36,138 nt of DNA from Promethearchaeati archaeon (GTDB lineage Archaea; Asgardarchaeota; Heimdallarchaeia; Heimdallarchaeales; Heimdallarchaeaceae): assembly GCA_013166775.1 (NCBI GenBank), contig JABLTJ010000033.1, forward strand, positions 1-36,138, in the 5' to 3' direction. Below the pieces are notes generated by a model. It had not been told where the DNA came from, did no database searches, and was given only the letters and a program-made list of their open reading frames with translations. Numbering within the stretch: the stretch's first letter is position 1; each line of letters begins with the position of its first letter. This document shows positions 26,206-36,138 of the stretch, piece by piece. The translations under genes were made by a program, and so were the position numbers.

Positions 26206-27762
26206 ATGAAATCAAAGAAACTATATTTTTTTATGATTGTAACTTTTCTGATAATTTCTCCCTTATCTCTCTTAATCTTCGAAGTTTATGCGGAAGATTA
26301 TAATCCAATATACATACATCTCTCTTGGCAGAATGATACATCTTCTACTATGACAGTGAGTTGGAAAACAAAAGATGCAACTTCATCAGTTGTTCAGTAT
26401 GGAACCGATGAGAGCTACGGGAATGAAGAAACAGGAGATTCAGTTGAATGGCATCATGTTGAATTAACTGGATTATCACCAGAAATTATTTACCATTATA
26501 GAGTTGGAAATGGAGAAACATGGAGTACAGACTCATATTTTAAAACTGGAACTCTTGGAGATCACGCTAAATTTATAGCTCTAGGAGATACACAAAGTGG
26601 AACAACAGCTAGAAATCAGATGTTAAGAAAAATAAATAACTTAGATATCGATTTTGCACTTTATTCAGGAGATTTTGTTGAAATGGGATCTAATATAAAT
26701 GAATGGAACGGTTTCTTAAACAGCTATGAGCCTTTTACAAATCATATCCCAATGATGACTACACTGGGAAATCATGAAAAAAATCATTCAATATATTATA
26801 ACACATTTGCATTACCAGGAAATGAAGAATATTATTCATTCAATTTTGGACCCGTACATTTCTCTATATTGCATACTTACTGGGAAGGAATAGAAAATGA
26901 GAACTACACCAAACAAATAGACTGGTTAATAACAGATTTAGAAGCTCATGATGAATACGATTGGAATGTTGTTATGATGCATAGACCACCATTTTCCTCT
27001 TTTGTCAGATACCATCAAGGATGGTATGATTTAATTAATGAATCATTTGTTCCCATTTTCGAACAATACGAAATAGATCTAGTATTAACAGGACACGAAC
27101 ATGCTTATGAGAGATTATATAAGAACAATGTAACTTATATCATCTCAGGTGGAGCTGGTGCGAATCTCTATGATGCAATTAAAGATTACAGAATAAATGA
27201 ATCAATTTCTGTTGAATCAACTTATAATTTTCTATTTCTTGACGTGTATGATAAACAGCTTGATGTAAGGGGATTCCGTCCTGATTATTCTCTGATAGAT
27301 CAATTTATATCTAACAAAGAAAACAAACCAGATTTAAGATGTGAGAATCTACCTTTATCGCTAGATGTTCATTGGAAAGATACACAGAAAGTCAATATAA
27401 CTATTGCAAATAACGGAGAAGAGGATATTATTCAAGAGACAAAAGCCCAAGTCGAGGTATCAGATGGAAGCTCATGGGATCTTACTGTTCCTGCTTTAAA
27501 TAAAGGTGAAAAAACTCTATTTGAACTAGAATGGAAACCACCTGAGAAAGGAACTTTTGCATGGACAGTCACCGTAGATTCAGATTCAGAAATAGATGAA
27601 GTAGTTGAAGAAAATAACGAATTAATATTCGTCTTTAATGCTGTCAAAATCGAAGGAGCATCCTTCTTTGCAGATGGACCTTGGAGTATTTTTGGAGTTA
27701 TTTCATCGATAATGATTGTTGCATATGTAACTCTCAGACGAAGAAAAAAAACACTTCAATAA
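26206..27762 (+). CDS. Purple acid phosphatase-like metallophosphoesterase (FN3-like N domain, CARDB-like domain, C-terminal TM)
   Basis: GDTQ, GDFV, GNHE, MHRP, GHEH motifs; PDL...I.N.G...VD....I.E..E.NN; TM plus RRRKK. Confidence 0.88.
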   Translation: MKSKKLYFFMIVTFLIISPLSLLIFEVYAEDYNPIYIHLSWQNDTSSTMTVSWKTKDATSSVVQYGTDESYGNEETGDSVEWHHVELTGLSPEIIYHYRVGNGETWSTDSYFKTGTLGDHAKFIALGDTQSGTTARNQMLRKINNLDIDFALYSGDFVEMGSNINEWNGFLNSYEPFTNHIPMMTTLGNHEKNHSIYYNTFALPGNEEYYSFNFGPVHFSILHTYWEGIENENYTKQIDWLITDLEAHDEYDWNVVMMHRPPFSSFVRYHQGWYDLINESFVPIFEQYEIDLVLTGHEHAYERLYKNNVTYIISGGAGANLYDAIKDYRINESISVESTYNFLFLDVYDKQLDVRGFRPDYSLIDQFISNKENKPDLRCENLPLSLDVHWKDTQKVNITIANNGEEDIIQETKAQVEVSDGSSWDLTVPALNKGEKTLFELEWKPPEKGTFAWTVTVDSDSEIDEVVEENNELIFVFNAVKIEGASFFADGPWSIFGVISSIMIVAYVTLRRRKKTLQ

Positions 27763-27763
27763 T

Positions 27764-29098
27764 CTAGTTTTTTTTTCTTTTCTTACTTTTTATTTTATAG
27801 AATATTAGTATCAAATTACTAGAAACTATTGAAATAACAAAACTAGATACAGTTGCATCAATACTAGATGGATCTTTGATTTTTATTAACCAAAATTCAT
27901 AATTATTCAATGTAAATAATTCAACAGGTTCGGTTGTTGATGATCCAAGAATCACATATGAAATATTAGAAGTTTGAATTAGAGAAAAAGCTCCGTCAGC
28001 ATTCTCTCCTCCATAAGTACAGTTCCATTCCATACTTCCAGTAGAATTTGTTTTAACAAAAAACATGTCAAAATCACCAGAACTAGTAGAACCTGCTAGA
28101 GCATATCCTCCATCAAGGGTTTGAATTAATGTATGAGCATTTTCATACTCAGACCCTCCAAAGGTTTGATACCATTCCATATATCCAGTGGAATTTGTTT
28201 TTACTAAGAGCATATCAGATTCTCCTGAACCAACTGCTTTTGTAAAACCTGCTAAAGCGAATCCATTATCATTTGTTTGAATAATGGCATAAGCTGTATC
28301 AGAATCCAAACCTCCATAACTCTTAATCCACTCTTCTCCTCCTTCTGAATCAACTTTAACTAAAAACATATCAGGATAACCGAAACTGGTAAATCCAGCT
28401 AACGCAAAACCTCCGTCATTTGTCTGAATGACAGCATAAGCCCCATCATACTGTGTACCACTCCATACTCCAGAATAAGTATAATTCCATTCCATTATTC
28501 CCACTGAATCAGTTTTAACTAGATAAGCATCATATTGTCCCGCTCCGTAGGAATAAGTAATACCCGCTAAGGCAAATCCGTTATCCTCAGTCTGAACCAA
28601 ACCATATGCCGCATCATAATAAAAACCACCATAAATCCCTTCCCACTCTTTGTTACCTTCAGAATCAGTCTTGATGAGATACATTGATGCAACACCACAA
28701 CAACCAAAAGAACTGGTAGATCCAGCAAGAGCAAAACCACCATCAGATGTTTGGATGACTTGTCTTGCTCTATCTGAATCAGTTCCTCCATAAGTTTTAT
28801 TCCAGACCATCGCTCCTTCTGAATCAGTTTTTAGAAGTAACACGTCATCATCAAATTCGTCTAAGTAATCGTTGCCAGTAATAACAAATCCCCCAGCTAA
28901 GGTTTGAATCATTGAGCTTCCACCTGATTTGACTTGACCACTATAGCTTTGTACCCATTCAATCTGATTTTCTGAACAATCATCACAACCAGTAACTTGG
29001 TTAATCACAAGTAATCTTGATGAAAAAAAGAGAAAAATAAAAACAACTAATAGAAGAGACGTGAATACCCTTTTTCTTCCTCTATTGCTCATTATCAT
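27764..29098 (-). CDS. Membrane-anchored beta-propeller-like repeat surface protein
   Basis: ~7 repeats of W..tYGG...D.A..l.QT.DgGfalAG...D..LvKtds.G; signal peptide; C-terminal TM plus KSKKRKK. Confidence 0.8.
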   Translation of the reverse strand: MIMSNRGRKRVFTSLLLVVFIFLFFSSRLLVINQVTGCDDCSENQIEWVQSYSGQVKSGGSSMIQTLAGGFVITGNDYLDEFDDDVLLLKTDSEGAMVWNKTYGGTDSDRARQVIQTSDGGFALAGSTSSFGCCGVASMYLIKTDSEGNKEWEGIYGGFYYDAAYGLVQTEDNGFALAGITYSYGAGQYDAYLVKTDSVGIMEWNYTYSGVWSGTQYDGAYAVIQTNDGGFALAGFTSFGYPDMFLVKVDSEGGEEWIKSYGGLDSDTAYAIIQTNDNGFALAGFTKAVGSGESDMLLVKTNSTGYMEWYQTFGGSEYENAHTLIQTLDGGYALAGSTSSGDFDMFFVKTNSTGSMEWNCTYGGENADGAFSLIQTSNISYVILGSSTTEPVELFTLNNYEFWLIKIKDPSSIDATVSSFVISIVSSNLILIFYKIKSKKRKKN

Positions 29099-29118
29099 TA
29101 TAGTATCCTATCTTTTTG

Positions 29119-30258
29119 CTAATCCTTTACAAGAAAATCATCTAGTTTGTCTTTAGCTTTTTCTCTTGCATCTTGATGATCTTCTAGAAACTTAACCATT
29201 TTCTCAATAAGAATTGCCTTCAATTCACCAGATAACATTTCTCCACTTCTATATTCTTCTTCAATTTTGTTTAGTTTTGCATCATCAGGCTCAAAAAGAA
29301 TCTTTAACCATTGGAAGCTAACATCAATATCAGGATCTCCTCCTTTTTCTCGATGTTCAGATACTGTATCTCGACCACCTGAAAAAGCATATTTGTTTAT
29401 TTTCTTTTTAATTGACTTAGGATCATCAGTAACAAAGATAGTTTCATTTGGATTAGAGGATGACATTTTACCATCAGGACCACTTAATGCTGGTACAAAT
29501 TTACATTGAATATTTGCTGGTTTATAGTATCCCAACTTTGGTAAAACATCTCTAGCTAGTCTAAAATGTGGATCTTGATCGATTGCATGAGGGATAAGAC
29601 ATGGAATATTTTTACCTTGTCTAACACTTTCCAGAATAGCAGGAACTGCTTGAATACTTGTATAAAAGATTCCTCCGATATTCATCGAATTATCAAAACC
29701 AAATGATGATTTTACTGTTGAATAAGTGATTCTCTTCGCAACAGGGAGAGCTATTTTATAGAAAGTCTTCGCATTATCAGTATCAATTAATATTTCTGTA
29801 TTTTTTGAATCAAACCCAAGAGCGATTATATCTAATGCATTATCTAGTGCATAAGAATACGTGTCTTCCATTTCCAGTTTATCAGCGAAGACGTATTTTT
29901 CATCATCAGTAAGTTGAAAAATAAATTTGGTTTTAAATTTTTCTTGCAACCATTTAGTAAAAATCCATGGTACTATATGTCCGATGTGAGTGTGATCAGA
30001 AGGTCCTCTTCCAGTATAGAGATAGAATTTGTTACCTTTTTCGTACTCATCCAAAATCCAATTCATATCTCTATGGGTGAAAAAGATTCCTCTTCTTAAC
30101 ATAAAATGTAAAGAACCACTTGTATGCTTCTTAATTCGATTTAGAAGTTTTTCATTTACAGGTTCAGTCCCAAACTCTTTCATTAACCTTTGATAGTCAA
30201 CCTTACCTCGTACTTCCCAAGGAGTGAAAACCGACTCTTCATTATCATTAGTACCCAT
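29119..30258 (-). CDS. trpS: Tryptophan--tRNA ligase (archaeal/eukaryotic type)
   Basis: TPWEV, YLYTGRGPS..HIGH, AIDQDPHFR, KMSSS, AFSGG, GEMLSGELK. Confidence 0.96.
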   Translation of the reverse strand: MGTNDNEESVFTPWEVRGKVDYQRLMKEFGTEPVNEKLLNRIKKHTSGSLHFMLRRGIFFTHRDMNWILDEYEKGNKFYLYTGRGPSDHTHIGHIVPWIFTKWLQEKFKTKFIFQLTDDEKYVFADKLEMEDTYSYALDNALDIIALGFDSKNTEILIDTDNAKTFYKIALPVAKRITYSTVKSSFGFDNSMNIGGIFYTSIQAVPAILESVRQGKNIPCLIPHAIDQDPHFRLARDVLPKLGYYKPANIQCKFVPALSGPDGKMSSSNPNETIFVTDDPKSIKKKINKYAFSGGRDTVSEHREKGGDPDIDVSFQWLKILFEPDDAKLNKIEEEYRSGEMLSGELKAILIEKMVKFLEDHQDAREKAKDKLDDFLVKD

Positions 30259-30387
30259 TGTATGTTTCTCCTACTGAAAGGATTTGTTTGTATATCTAAG
30301 TGCTCTCATTTACCCTTATTTAATATTGCTCTTTGTTATTTCTGAATCCATATTGATAGTTTTAAATAACTTAATCTCCCATTCTCT

Positions 30388-31665
30388 ATGTTCATGATAG
30401 GTTCTGAGATAAGAAGAAACGTAATGAATAAAGATTTACATAATCTAGTTAAACAACTTAAATTCAGCTCAGTAGGTTTCTATTTTCTTAGCTTTTTAAT
30501 TCCAATTATTTCCTTTCTCAATTTAAAAATCAGCGGACTAGAATTAGGATTTGTTTTCTCGTTGAGAACTATTGGCTTTGCTGCAAGCTCTCTGTTAGCG
30601 GGTTTTTTATCCAATAGAAGACATTTACGATCCAAACTAATCTTTGGAGCTTCAGTAGGAAGGTTTGTTTCTTATGTTCTAATCTACTTATCATTTATTT
30701 ATAACCTATATTGGATGATGACACTGGGAATGTTTATACTTGGTGTAGGTGCAGGATTTTTCTGGACACCATTTGAAACTACAGTAGCTGATGCAACAGA
30801 GTACGAAAATAGATCTGAAGCTTTTGGAATATTCTCCCAACAATCAGGAATTGGTGGTTTCATTGGAGCAACTGTAGGATTTTCAATTCTTTGGGTAGTA
30901 TCTGAATATAGTTTCTCATCTGATGTAATATTTTCAGCAATTGCTTTCAGTCCTCTTCTCCTATATGGTATGTCAAACATATATGCAGGTATAAGGGTTC
31001 TTCAGCTAGCCCCAAGAGTAGAATTTCTTGATATTGAAGAGAAAGAGTCTGTTACAAAAATAACAAAAAGAGCTATTATGCTTAGCTTCATTTTTCTACT
31101 AGTACTGCTATTTTCTGAAGCTTTTATTGGATCACTTGTTGGTTCATTTATTGAGTTCTTCTTGCTCAAGAACATAACACAAGATATGGTTTTGTTGATA
31201 ATAGCTTATGTTCCAGGAGGTATCTTGTCAGTAATCATAGCTCCACGATTAGGAAGATTAGCAGATAAACTTAATCCTAGAATAACTCTGAGTGTTGCTA
31301 GTGTTGTTGGTGCTGGTATGACCTGGTTATTGATTAATTCGAGCAAAATATGGCAGTTCTCAATGATTTTTATTATAGATACAACAGTGGTAGCGACAGC
31401 TGGTTTGGTTTTAACGAAAGTAATCAGTACAGTCTCAAGAGAAAGAAGAGGAACAGTTTTTGGTTTACATGATTCAGTAACTAATCTTAGTCGCATTGCT
31501 GGACCTTTAGTAGGAGGAGCTTTATGGGATGTTAGAGATCGAGCACCATTTATTCTATCAATTGCAATAGAAGGAGTTTTAGCTGTTCTTTATCCAGTTG
31601 CTATAGTAATACTCTCTAAAACTATTGATGTTAATGGCTCTGCAGAATTAAAGGAAGAACTATGA
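30388..31665 (+). CDS. MFS transporter
   Basis: ~12 hydrophobic segments; motif A-like GFLSNRR and GRLADKLNPR; ERRGTVFG; GPLVGGAL. Confidence 0.85.
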   Translation: MFMIGSEIRRNVMNKDLHNLVKQLKFSSVGFYFLSFLIPIISFLNLKISGLELGFVFSLRTIGFAASSLLAGFLSNRRHLRSKLIFGASVGRFVSYVLIYLSFIYNLYWMMTLGMFILGVGAGFFWTPFETTVADATEYENRSEAFGIFSQQSGIGGFIGATVGFSILWVVSEYSFSSDVIFSAIAFSPLLLYGMSNIYAGIRVLQLAPRVEFLDIEEKESVTKITKRAIMLSFIFLLVLLFSEAFIGSLVGSFIEFFLLKNITQDMVLLIIAYVPGGILSVIIAPRLGRLADKLNPRITLSVASVVGAGMTWLLINSSKIWQFSMIFIIDTTVVATAGLVLTKVISTVSRERRGTVFGLHDSVTNLSRIAGPLVGGALWDVRDRAPFILSIAIEGVLAVLYPVAIVILSKTIDVNGSAELKEEL

Positions 31666-32904
31666 TGATTTTCTCCTTCTGATTGATATAAATGAAAAAC
31701 ATATTAGTAAAAGTACCATAGAGATGAGCATGAAAGATGTTCTTTCCAGATTCTCATTCAATGGATATATATCTATTGAATCTGCAGATCCATCTATTGT
31801 ATAGGTTTCGTTTTTTCCTAGGTCAGACCAATAATTACCTTCTTTTGTTTTAGAATTATACCAAACATTGTCACTCCCTGCATCATAAGCTTGAGAATAT
31901 TTATCTCCCACTTTGTTTTTAATAAAGCTGTTGTGAGTTATTAAATTACTATTTGAACAATTATCAACATATATCCCGTAATCTATATTATCTCTGATCA
32001 TATTAAAATGAATTTTACTATTGGAAGTATATAGTAGCTTCATACCATAATTAGTATTCTCACAAGTATTATTATTCAATGATGAATAGTTATTAAATCT
32101 CAGAAGTATTCCATAACTTCCAATACTTTTAAACACATTATCATTTACAATAGTATTATTTGAAGCCATAATCCAGACACCAGTGCCAGAATTTTCTAAG
32201 GCATAATTATTTGAGAAAACGGAAGAATAACATTTTGTGATACTATATCCTAATGGAACCTTTGTACAGTTGTTGAATTTCACTGATGCAGAAACACAAG
32301 CAGTGATAGAAATACCACTTGCATACTGTAATTTATCACTTAAAGTAATGTAACAAGTGTTTTTATGAACTACAGGAGATTTTGATTCAAAGATTTGTAT
32401 ACTGGATTTAGAATTGATAAAAGTGTTATTGGTAATAGTTACAAAGTCTGATTCATATACTCTAATCCCAAAAGCATCACAATTATAATAACTGTAACTG
32501 TTATTAATAATATTATCAGAAATTTTTGCTGTTTGAGCTTGAATCCGAATTAATATTATACCTTCATCAGAATCAATGTAACAATTTCTTATTTCAAAAT
32601 GTTTAGTTGTTTCATAAATAACAATTCCTGCATAATAAGGTTTTGTGATATTATAGTTTTCAATTATGTAAGGATCATTTGCTGAACCCGTACCTGGAAA
32701 GCCATAATCAGAGAAATTACTATCAGCTGTAATGATTATTTTCTCAATAGGAACTAGCTCATAATCCAAACTAAGAAAATTTGTTGCATTTTTATCCACT
32801 ACAGGAATTTTTAAGTTATAACAGAAGCAACATATAATAATCAATAAAAACATAAAAGAAAATCCTTGAACTTTTCTTTTGTTGTTTTCTGATTTTATTA
32901 ACAT
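31660..32904 (-). CDS. Parallel beta-helix (NosD-like) surface protein with C-terminal TM anchor
   Basis: GTGSANDPYIIENYNI, Asn-rich repeats, GNYWSD, YPL, TM plus RRRK. Confidence 0.8.
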   Translation of the reverse strand: MLIKSENNKRKVQGFSFMFLLIIICCFCYNLKIPVVDKNATNFLSLDYELVPIEKIIITADSNFSDYGFPGTGSANDPYIIENYNITKPYYAGIVIYETTKHFEIRNCYIDSDEGIILIRIQAQTAKISDNIINNSYSYYNCDAFGIRVYESDFVTITNNTFINSKSSIQIFESKSPVVHKNTCYITLSDKLQYASGISITACVSASVKFNNCTKVPLGYSITKCYSSVFSNNYALENSGTGVWIMASNNTIVNDNVFKSIGSYGILLRFNNYSSLNNNTCENTNYGMKLLYTSNSKIHFNMIRDNIDYGIYVDNCSNSNLITHNSFIKNKVGDKYSQAYDAGSDNVWYNSKTKEGNYWSDLGKNETYTIDGSADSIDIYPLNENLERTSFMLISMVLLLICFSFISIRRRKSS

Positions 32905-33016
32905 AATAATTATCTCGATTGTTTCTATAGTTACAATAAGGATTGAAAGATTTAAGTATTTCCGAAGATTATTGTAAGAACCTTATTATGAAGACTATCT
33001 TTATGATTTAAAGTAA

Positions 33017-33118
33017 ATTGTTGAAAAAATGATAACTCAACCAAAAGAAATAGATGAGATATATGAAAAACTCCCTGAAGGTACAAGAAAAACAATAGAA
33101 AAACGAGATAAAAAATAA
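33017..33118 (+). pseudogene. Isolated 3' gene remnant resembling the C-terminal tail of DUF4145-containing proteins
   Basis: IVEKMITQPKEIDEIYEKLPEGTRKTIEKRDKK*, preceded by an in-frame TAA. Family resemblance is from memory and was not searched. Confidence 0.45.
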
Positions 33119-33131
33119 TTTTCATATATTC

Positions 33132-33998
33132 TTAGGTTGATATTTTATATTCATATTTTTCTCGAAGGATGTCAAAAACAGCTGTTATATTCATTATCAA
33201 GCTTTGAGCAAGTTTTTGCACTTTCTTATTATATTCTAATATTAAAAGCTGACGACCAGTCATTGGAAGAGCTGTTTGGAAGAGGAAAGTTTTATTGCAT
33301 TGATTTAATGTATCAAGGTCACAACGAATAGTAAAAAGCTTACTTATCAATTCTTGATCATTTTTTATAATAGGATATATTTGCCCCATTAAATCTACAA
33401 GCAACGAGGATTGTGGATCATATAAAGAGTATTTTTCTTCCATTTCATTTGCAGGTACAATCATTCCTCTTATTATTTCATTCAAATATTCTAATTCTAA
33501 ACCTAACATTTCAACTTTAATTTTTCTTTGCTCAAAACCATAGAAAGATTCTCTAATTTGATTATAATTCATCAGATCATTACTACCTCCACTAGTTTTA
33601 ATGTAAAAGAGTTTCTCTCTTGTTATATGTGGTTTTTCATTACTCTGAGGGATATAACACACAGGTATTATTCTATCTGAATCAGGTATTTGAATTGGTG
33701 GTTGTTTGAATTCAAAATATACAGTAGGTTCTATCATATTAATTCGATCATAGAAATGTGTCTGAAAATCCTTTTTTAGTTCAATTCCAATAATTCTATT
33801 AGTCTCTTTCTTATCTCTAATACCAAAAATCAAGAAACCACCATTTGTGTTAGCAAAAGAACAGACGATCTTCTCTTGTTTTTTTGGTTCCAATAAATCA
33901 GTTTTAAAATCAAAGAATTCTGTTTCAGAGTAATTTTTATCTACTAATTCCTTAATAATAGTATAATTCCATTCATCAAGGGTTCTAGGAAATTTCAT
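33132..33998 (-). CDS. Schlafen/AlbA_2 domain protein with an uncharacterised helical C-terminal domain
   Basis: E...FDFK, VCSFANTNGGFLIFGIRD, KPH....FY.....S..M. Confidence 0.82.
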   Translation of the reverse strand: MKFPRTLDEWNYTIIKELVDKNYSETEFFDFKTDLLEPKKQEKIVCSFANTNGGFLIFGIRDKKETNRIIGIELKKDFQTHFYDRINMIEPTVYFEFKQPPIQIPDSDRIIPVCYIPQSNEKPHITREKLFYIKTSGGSNDLMNYNQIRESFYGFEQRKIKVEMLGLELEYLNEIIRGMIVPANEMEEKYSLYDPQSSLLVDLMGQIYPIIKNDQELISKLFTIRCDLDTLNQCNKTFLFQTALPMTGRQLLILEYNKKVQKLAQSLIMNITAVFDILREKYEYKIST

Positions 33999-34242
33999 CT
34001 TGCTTGCCCAACCTTTAATCAGTGCAATTTATGAATAATATCGTGATAAATATTATAATCTTTCACATTAATCATCTAAACACTTGATTTAGAGAAAAGT
34101 GTATTACGCTGTCCTTTTATAATTTCCTTTCATAAATGTAAATAGTAACTTTAATTATTTTCTTCTCTTATTGAATCATATGGTGTCTAATATAAAAATT
34201 AAGGCTCAAATTGCAGAATCAGAAAGAAATAATCTTCTTCTT

Positions 34243-35364
34243 CTATTTTTTCTTTCTTCTTTGGATCCGAGTAATTATCAGTCCAACAAGTGTTAAGGAT
34301 AATATACATGCATAACTGAATAGAGAAGTTCTTTCTAAATTTTCATTTAGAGGATATCTATCTATAGAACCTGCAGGTCCATCAATTGTATAAGTTTTTT
34401 TATCACCAAGATCTGACCAATAATTTCCTTCTTTTTCCCAATAATTATACCATTTATTTCTTTTACCTGCGTCAAAAGCTTGATGATCTTTCTTGTTCTT
34501 TACAAAAAAATTATCATATATCCTGCATTTTCGTGCTGTTTCTTCTAAAACTACTCCATACTCAGTATTATTGAGTAGCAAGTTGAATTTCAATAAACAT
34601 TGTTTCAAATCTGGAGGGGGAGGATCTTCTGGTATCTTTAGAACTCCTGAATTACCTATAACAATACCATTTTTATTGTTTTCACAAGTATTACTATACA
34701 GATTGCATGAATCCGATCCTGTTATTTTGATTCCTATTTGATTAGAAGAAGCATTGTTGGATTCAATTATAGTATAATCAGAAAAGAACATTTCAATACC
34801 TTTAGAAGAATTGAAACAGTAATTTGAATTAATCTGGACTTTTTTTGAACCGGTAACTGAAATTCCAAAATTTTTTGCAGAACAGTAATTCTTTTCACAT
34901 TTTAGTTCATCTGATTCAACTATGTTAATGCCTGTTGAATAAGCTTGAATTATATTGTTTCTTATAATTCCAGTATTTTCCTTTACTAATACTATACTTA
35001 TTCCACTGTAATATCCCTTGAGAAAACAATTTTGTATGATGAAATTTTTTGTAGTATTTCGAATATATATTCCAGCTCTATTGTCATCTGATATGTTTCC
35101 AATTGAAAATTCTTCTGAGTTTGTAATATTGAAGTTCTCAATAATAAACGGTTTTTCAATGGTTCCTAATCCAGTAAGGTTATATTTTAGGAAATCTTCA
35201 TCAGATTCTACATCGATTATTTTCCTTTCAATAAGAACAACATTTGGAGTAAAGAATCTTTTATTTTGATCTTGTGCTTGTGGTGTTAAATTGACATTAT
35301 TCACATGTGCAAATAAATTTGTCAATAGAAAGATTAAAATGAAAAGCATTTTTCCAAACTTCAT
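34243..35364 (-). CDS. Parallel beta-helix (NosD-like) surface protein, paralog of 31660-32904
   Basis: G.GT..KPFIIENFNI; shares the tail EGNYWSDLG...TYTIDG.A.SID.YPLNENLERTS; TM plus RRKKK. Confidence 0.8.
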   Translation of the reverse strand: MKFGKMLFILIFLLTNLFAHVNNVNLTPQAQDQNKRFFTPNVVLIERKIIDVESDEDFLKYNLTGLGTIEKPFIIENFNITNSEEFSIGNISDDNRAGIYIRNTTKNFIIQNCFLKGYYSGISIVLVKENTGIIRNNIIQAYSTGINIVESDELKCEKNYCSAKNFGISVTGSKKVQINSNYCFNSSKGIEMFFSDYTIIESNNASSNQIGIKITGSDSCNLYSNTCENNKNGIVIGNSGVLKIPEDPPPPDLKQCLLKFNLLLNNTEYGVVLEETARKCRIYDNFFVKNKKDHQAFDAGKRNKWYNYWEKEGNYWSDLGDKKTYTIDGPAGSIDRYPLNENLERTSLFSYACILSLTLVGLIITRIQRRKKK

Positions 35365-35496
35365 CTGTTAATAAGCATAATTTTGATATATTAAGTTCAT
35401 TTGTGTTATAATCTACACACAAGAATAACCTTGTTGATATGGTCATCTTCTTGTATAGAGACACATCCAAAAAGGAAGGGGATTTAAATAGAAATA

Positions 35497-35596
35497 GTAA
35501 GGCAAATAGTGTTTTTTTGTGAACAAACTCTCCGCAATAGTTTTTTTTTGCCTTACAGTTTTTTTTTTTGAAAACACCTTATAGTAAGGTGGTTTC
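35497..35596. repeat. Two intergenic inverted repeats separated by an oligo-T tract
   Basis: GTAAGGCAAA (35497-35506) pairs with TTTGCCTTAC (35547-35556); T11 at 35559-35569; GAAAACACCTTA-TAG-TAAGGTGGTTTC (35570-35596, 11/12 match). Confidence 0.55.
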
Positions 35597-35692
35597 CACT
35601 AAAATACTTAACAATGGGATGAAAATGGAAAAATTAAAAACCTAACATCACTATCCAAGTAAAGTAATAATTCACACTAGGAGTTTGTTAAG

Positions 35693-36082
35693 ATGCAAAG
35701 ACCAGAACTATCAGGAAACAAAGTTGAGAAATTAATAACATTCATTTACTACAGAGATTTACAGAAAGGAATTGAATTCTATGAAAATTTTCTTGGATTC
35801 CCAATGGAAATTGATCAGGGATTTTGTAAAATTTATAGAATCTCAGATGCAGGATATATTGGTATTGTCGATGAAAAGAAAGGAATGCACAAATGGAATG
35901 AAATCAAACCAGTTCAGATTTGTTTTCGTGTACCTGATGTTCAAGCCTTTTATGAATATTGTAAAGAATCTAATGTAGATGATCTTTCTGAAATATTCGT
36001 AAATGAAAATTTAAAAATCAAAGCTTTTGTTTTTAATGATCCTGAAGGATATCAAATTGAAATTCAAGAATCAATTAAATAA
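35693..36082 (+). CDS. VOC/glyoxalase family protein
   Basis: ITFIYYRDL....EFYE.FLG and F.DPEGYQIEIQ; GGAG SD upstream. Confidence 0.85.
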   Translation: MQRPELSGNKVEKLITFIYYRDLQKGIEFYENFLGFPMEIDQGFCKIYRISDAGYIGIVDEKKGMHKWNEIKPVQICFRVPDVQAFYEYCKESNVDDLSEIFVNENLKIKAFVFNDPEGYQIEIQESIK

Positions 36083-36138
36083 TCACAAGAAGGCTCTGTA
36101 AACCTAATAGAACATGTTTCACATTCTTTGTAGGGAGA

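Noticed and set aside
27900-28950. Periodic DNA repeats resembling a CRISPR array
   Set aside because: They are degenerate in-frame protein repeats, with no identical direct repeats, spacers or cas genes.
2326-35978. Short nested ORFs from the ORF track (e.g. 2639-2968, 3460-3801, 6177-6500, 20839-21090, 30699-30980)
   Set aside because: They are shadows of well-supported genes on another strand or frame and have no motifs of their own.
1-36138. Genome-wide TAG recoding
   Set aside because: trpS, accB, the Arf-like gene and several surface proteins end at TAG at their expected C-termini.

Overview
AT-rich archaeal chromosomal window, most likely from an Asgard archaeon (Heimdallarchaeia-like). 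The taxonomy is inferred, not searched: Arf-like and Rag-like small GTPases, NreA with a PCNA PIP box, archaeal/eukaryotic-type TrpRS, TATA/BRE promoters and several C-terminally anchored surface proteins. The centrepiece is a ~15.5 kb cluster (10613-26091). It encodes a ~3356-aa type I PKS/FAS-like megasynthase with the order ER'-ER(FabK-like)-KS-AT-KS-ACP-ACP-KR-DH-PPTase. Around it lie a three-subunit acyl-CoA carboxylase (biotin carboxylase, BCCP, carboxyltransferase), a biotin ligase, an overlapping alpha/beta-hydrolase and a small unlisted membrane ORF. Both ACPs carry Thr (GIDT) instead of the phosphopantetheinylated Ser, and both KS domains keep a Cys-His-His triad. The flanks hold an AOR-family oxidoreductase, an nreA-ycaQ-like repair pair, three VOC proteins, trpS, an MFS transporter, beta-helix and repeat surface proteins, and a Schlafen/AlbA_2 gene. 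There are also three damaged genes: an in-frame TAG, a frameshifted GTPase paralog and a DUF4145-like tail. No rRNA, tRNA, CRISPR array or transposase was recognised.
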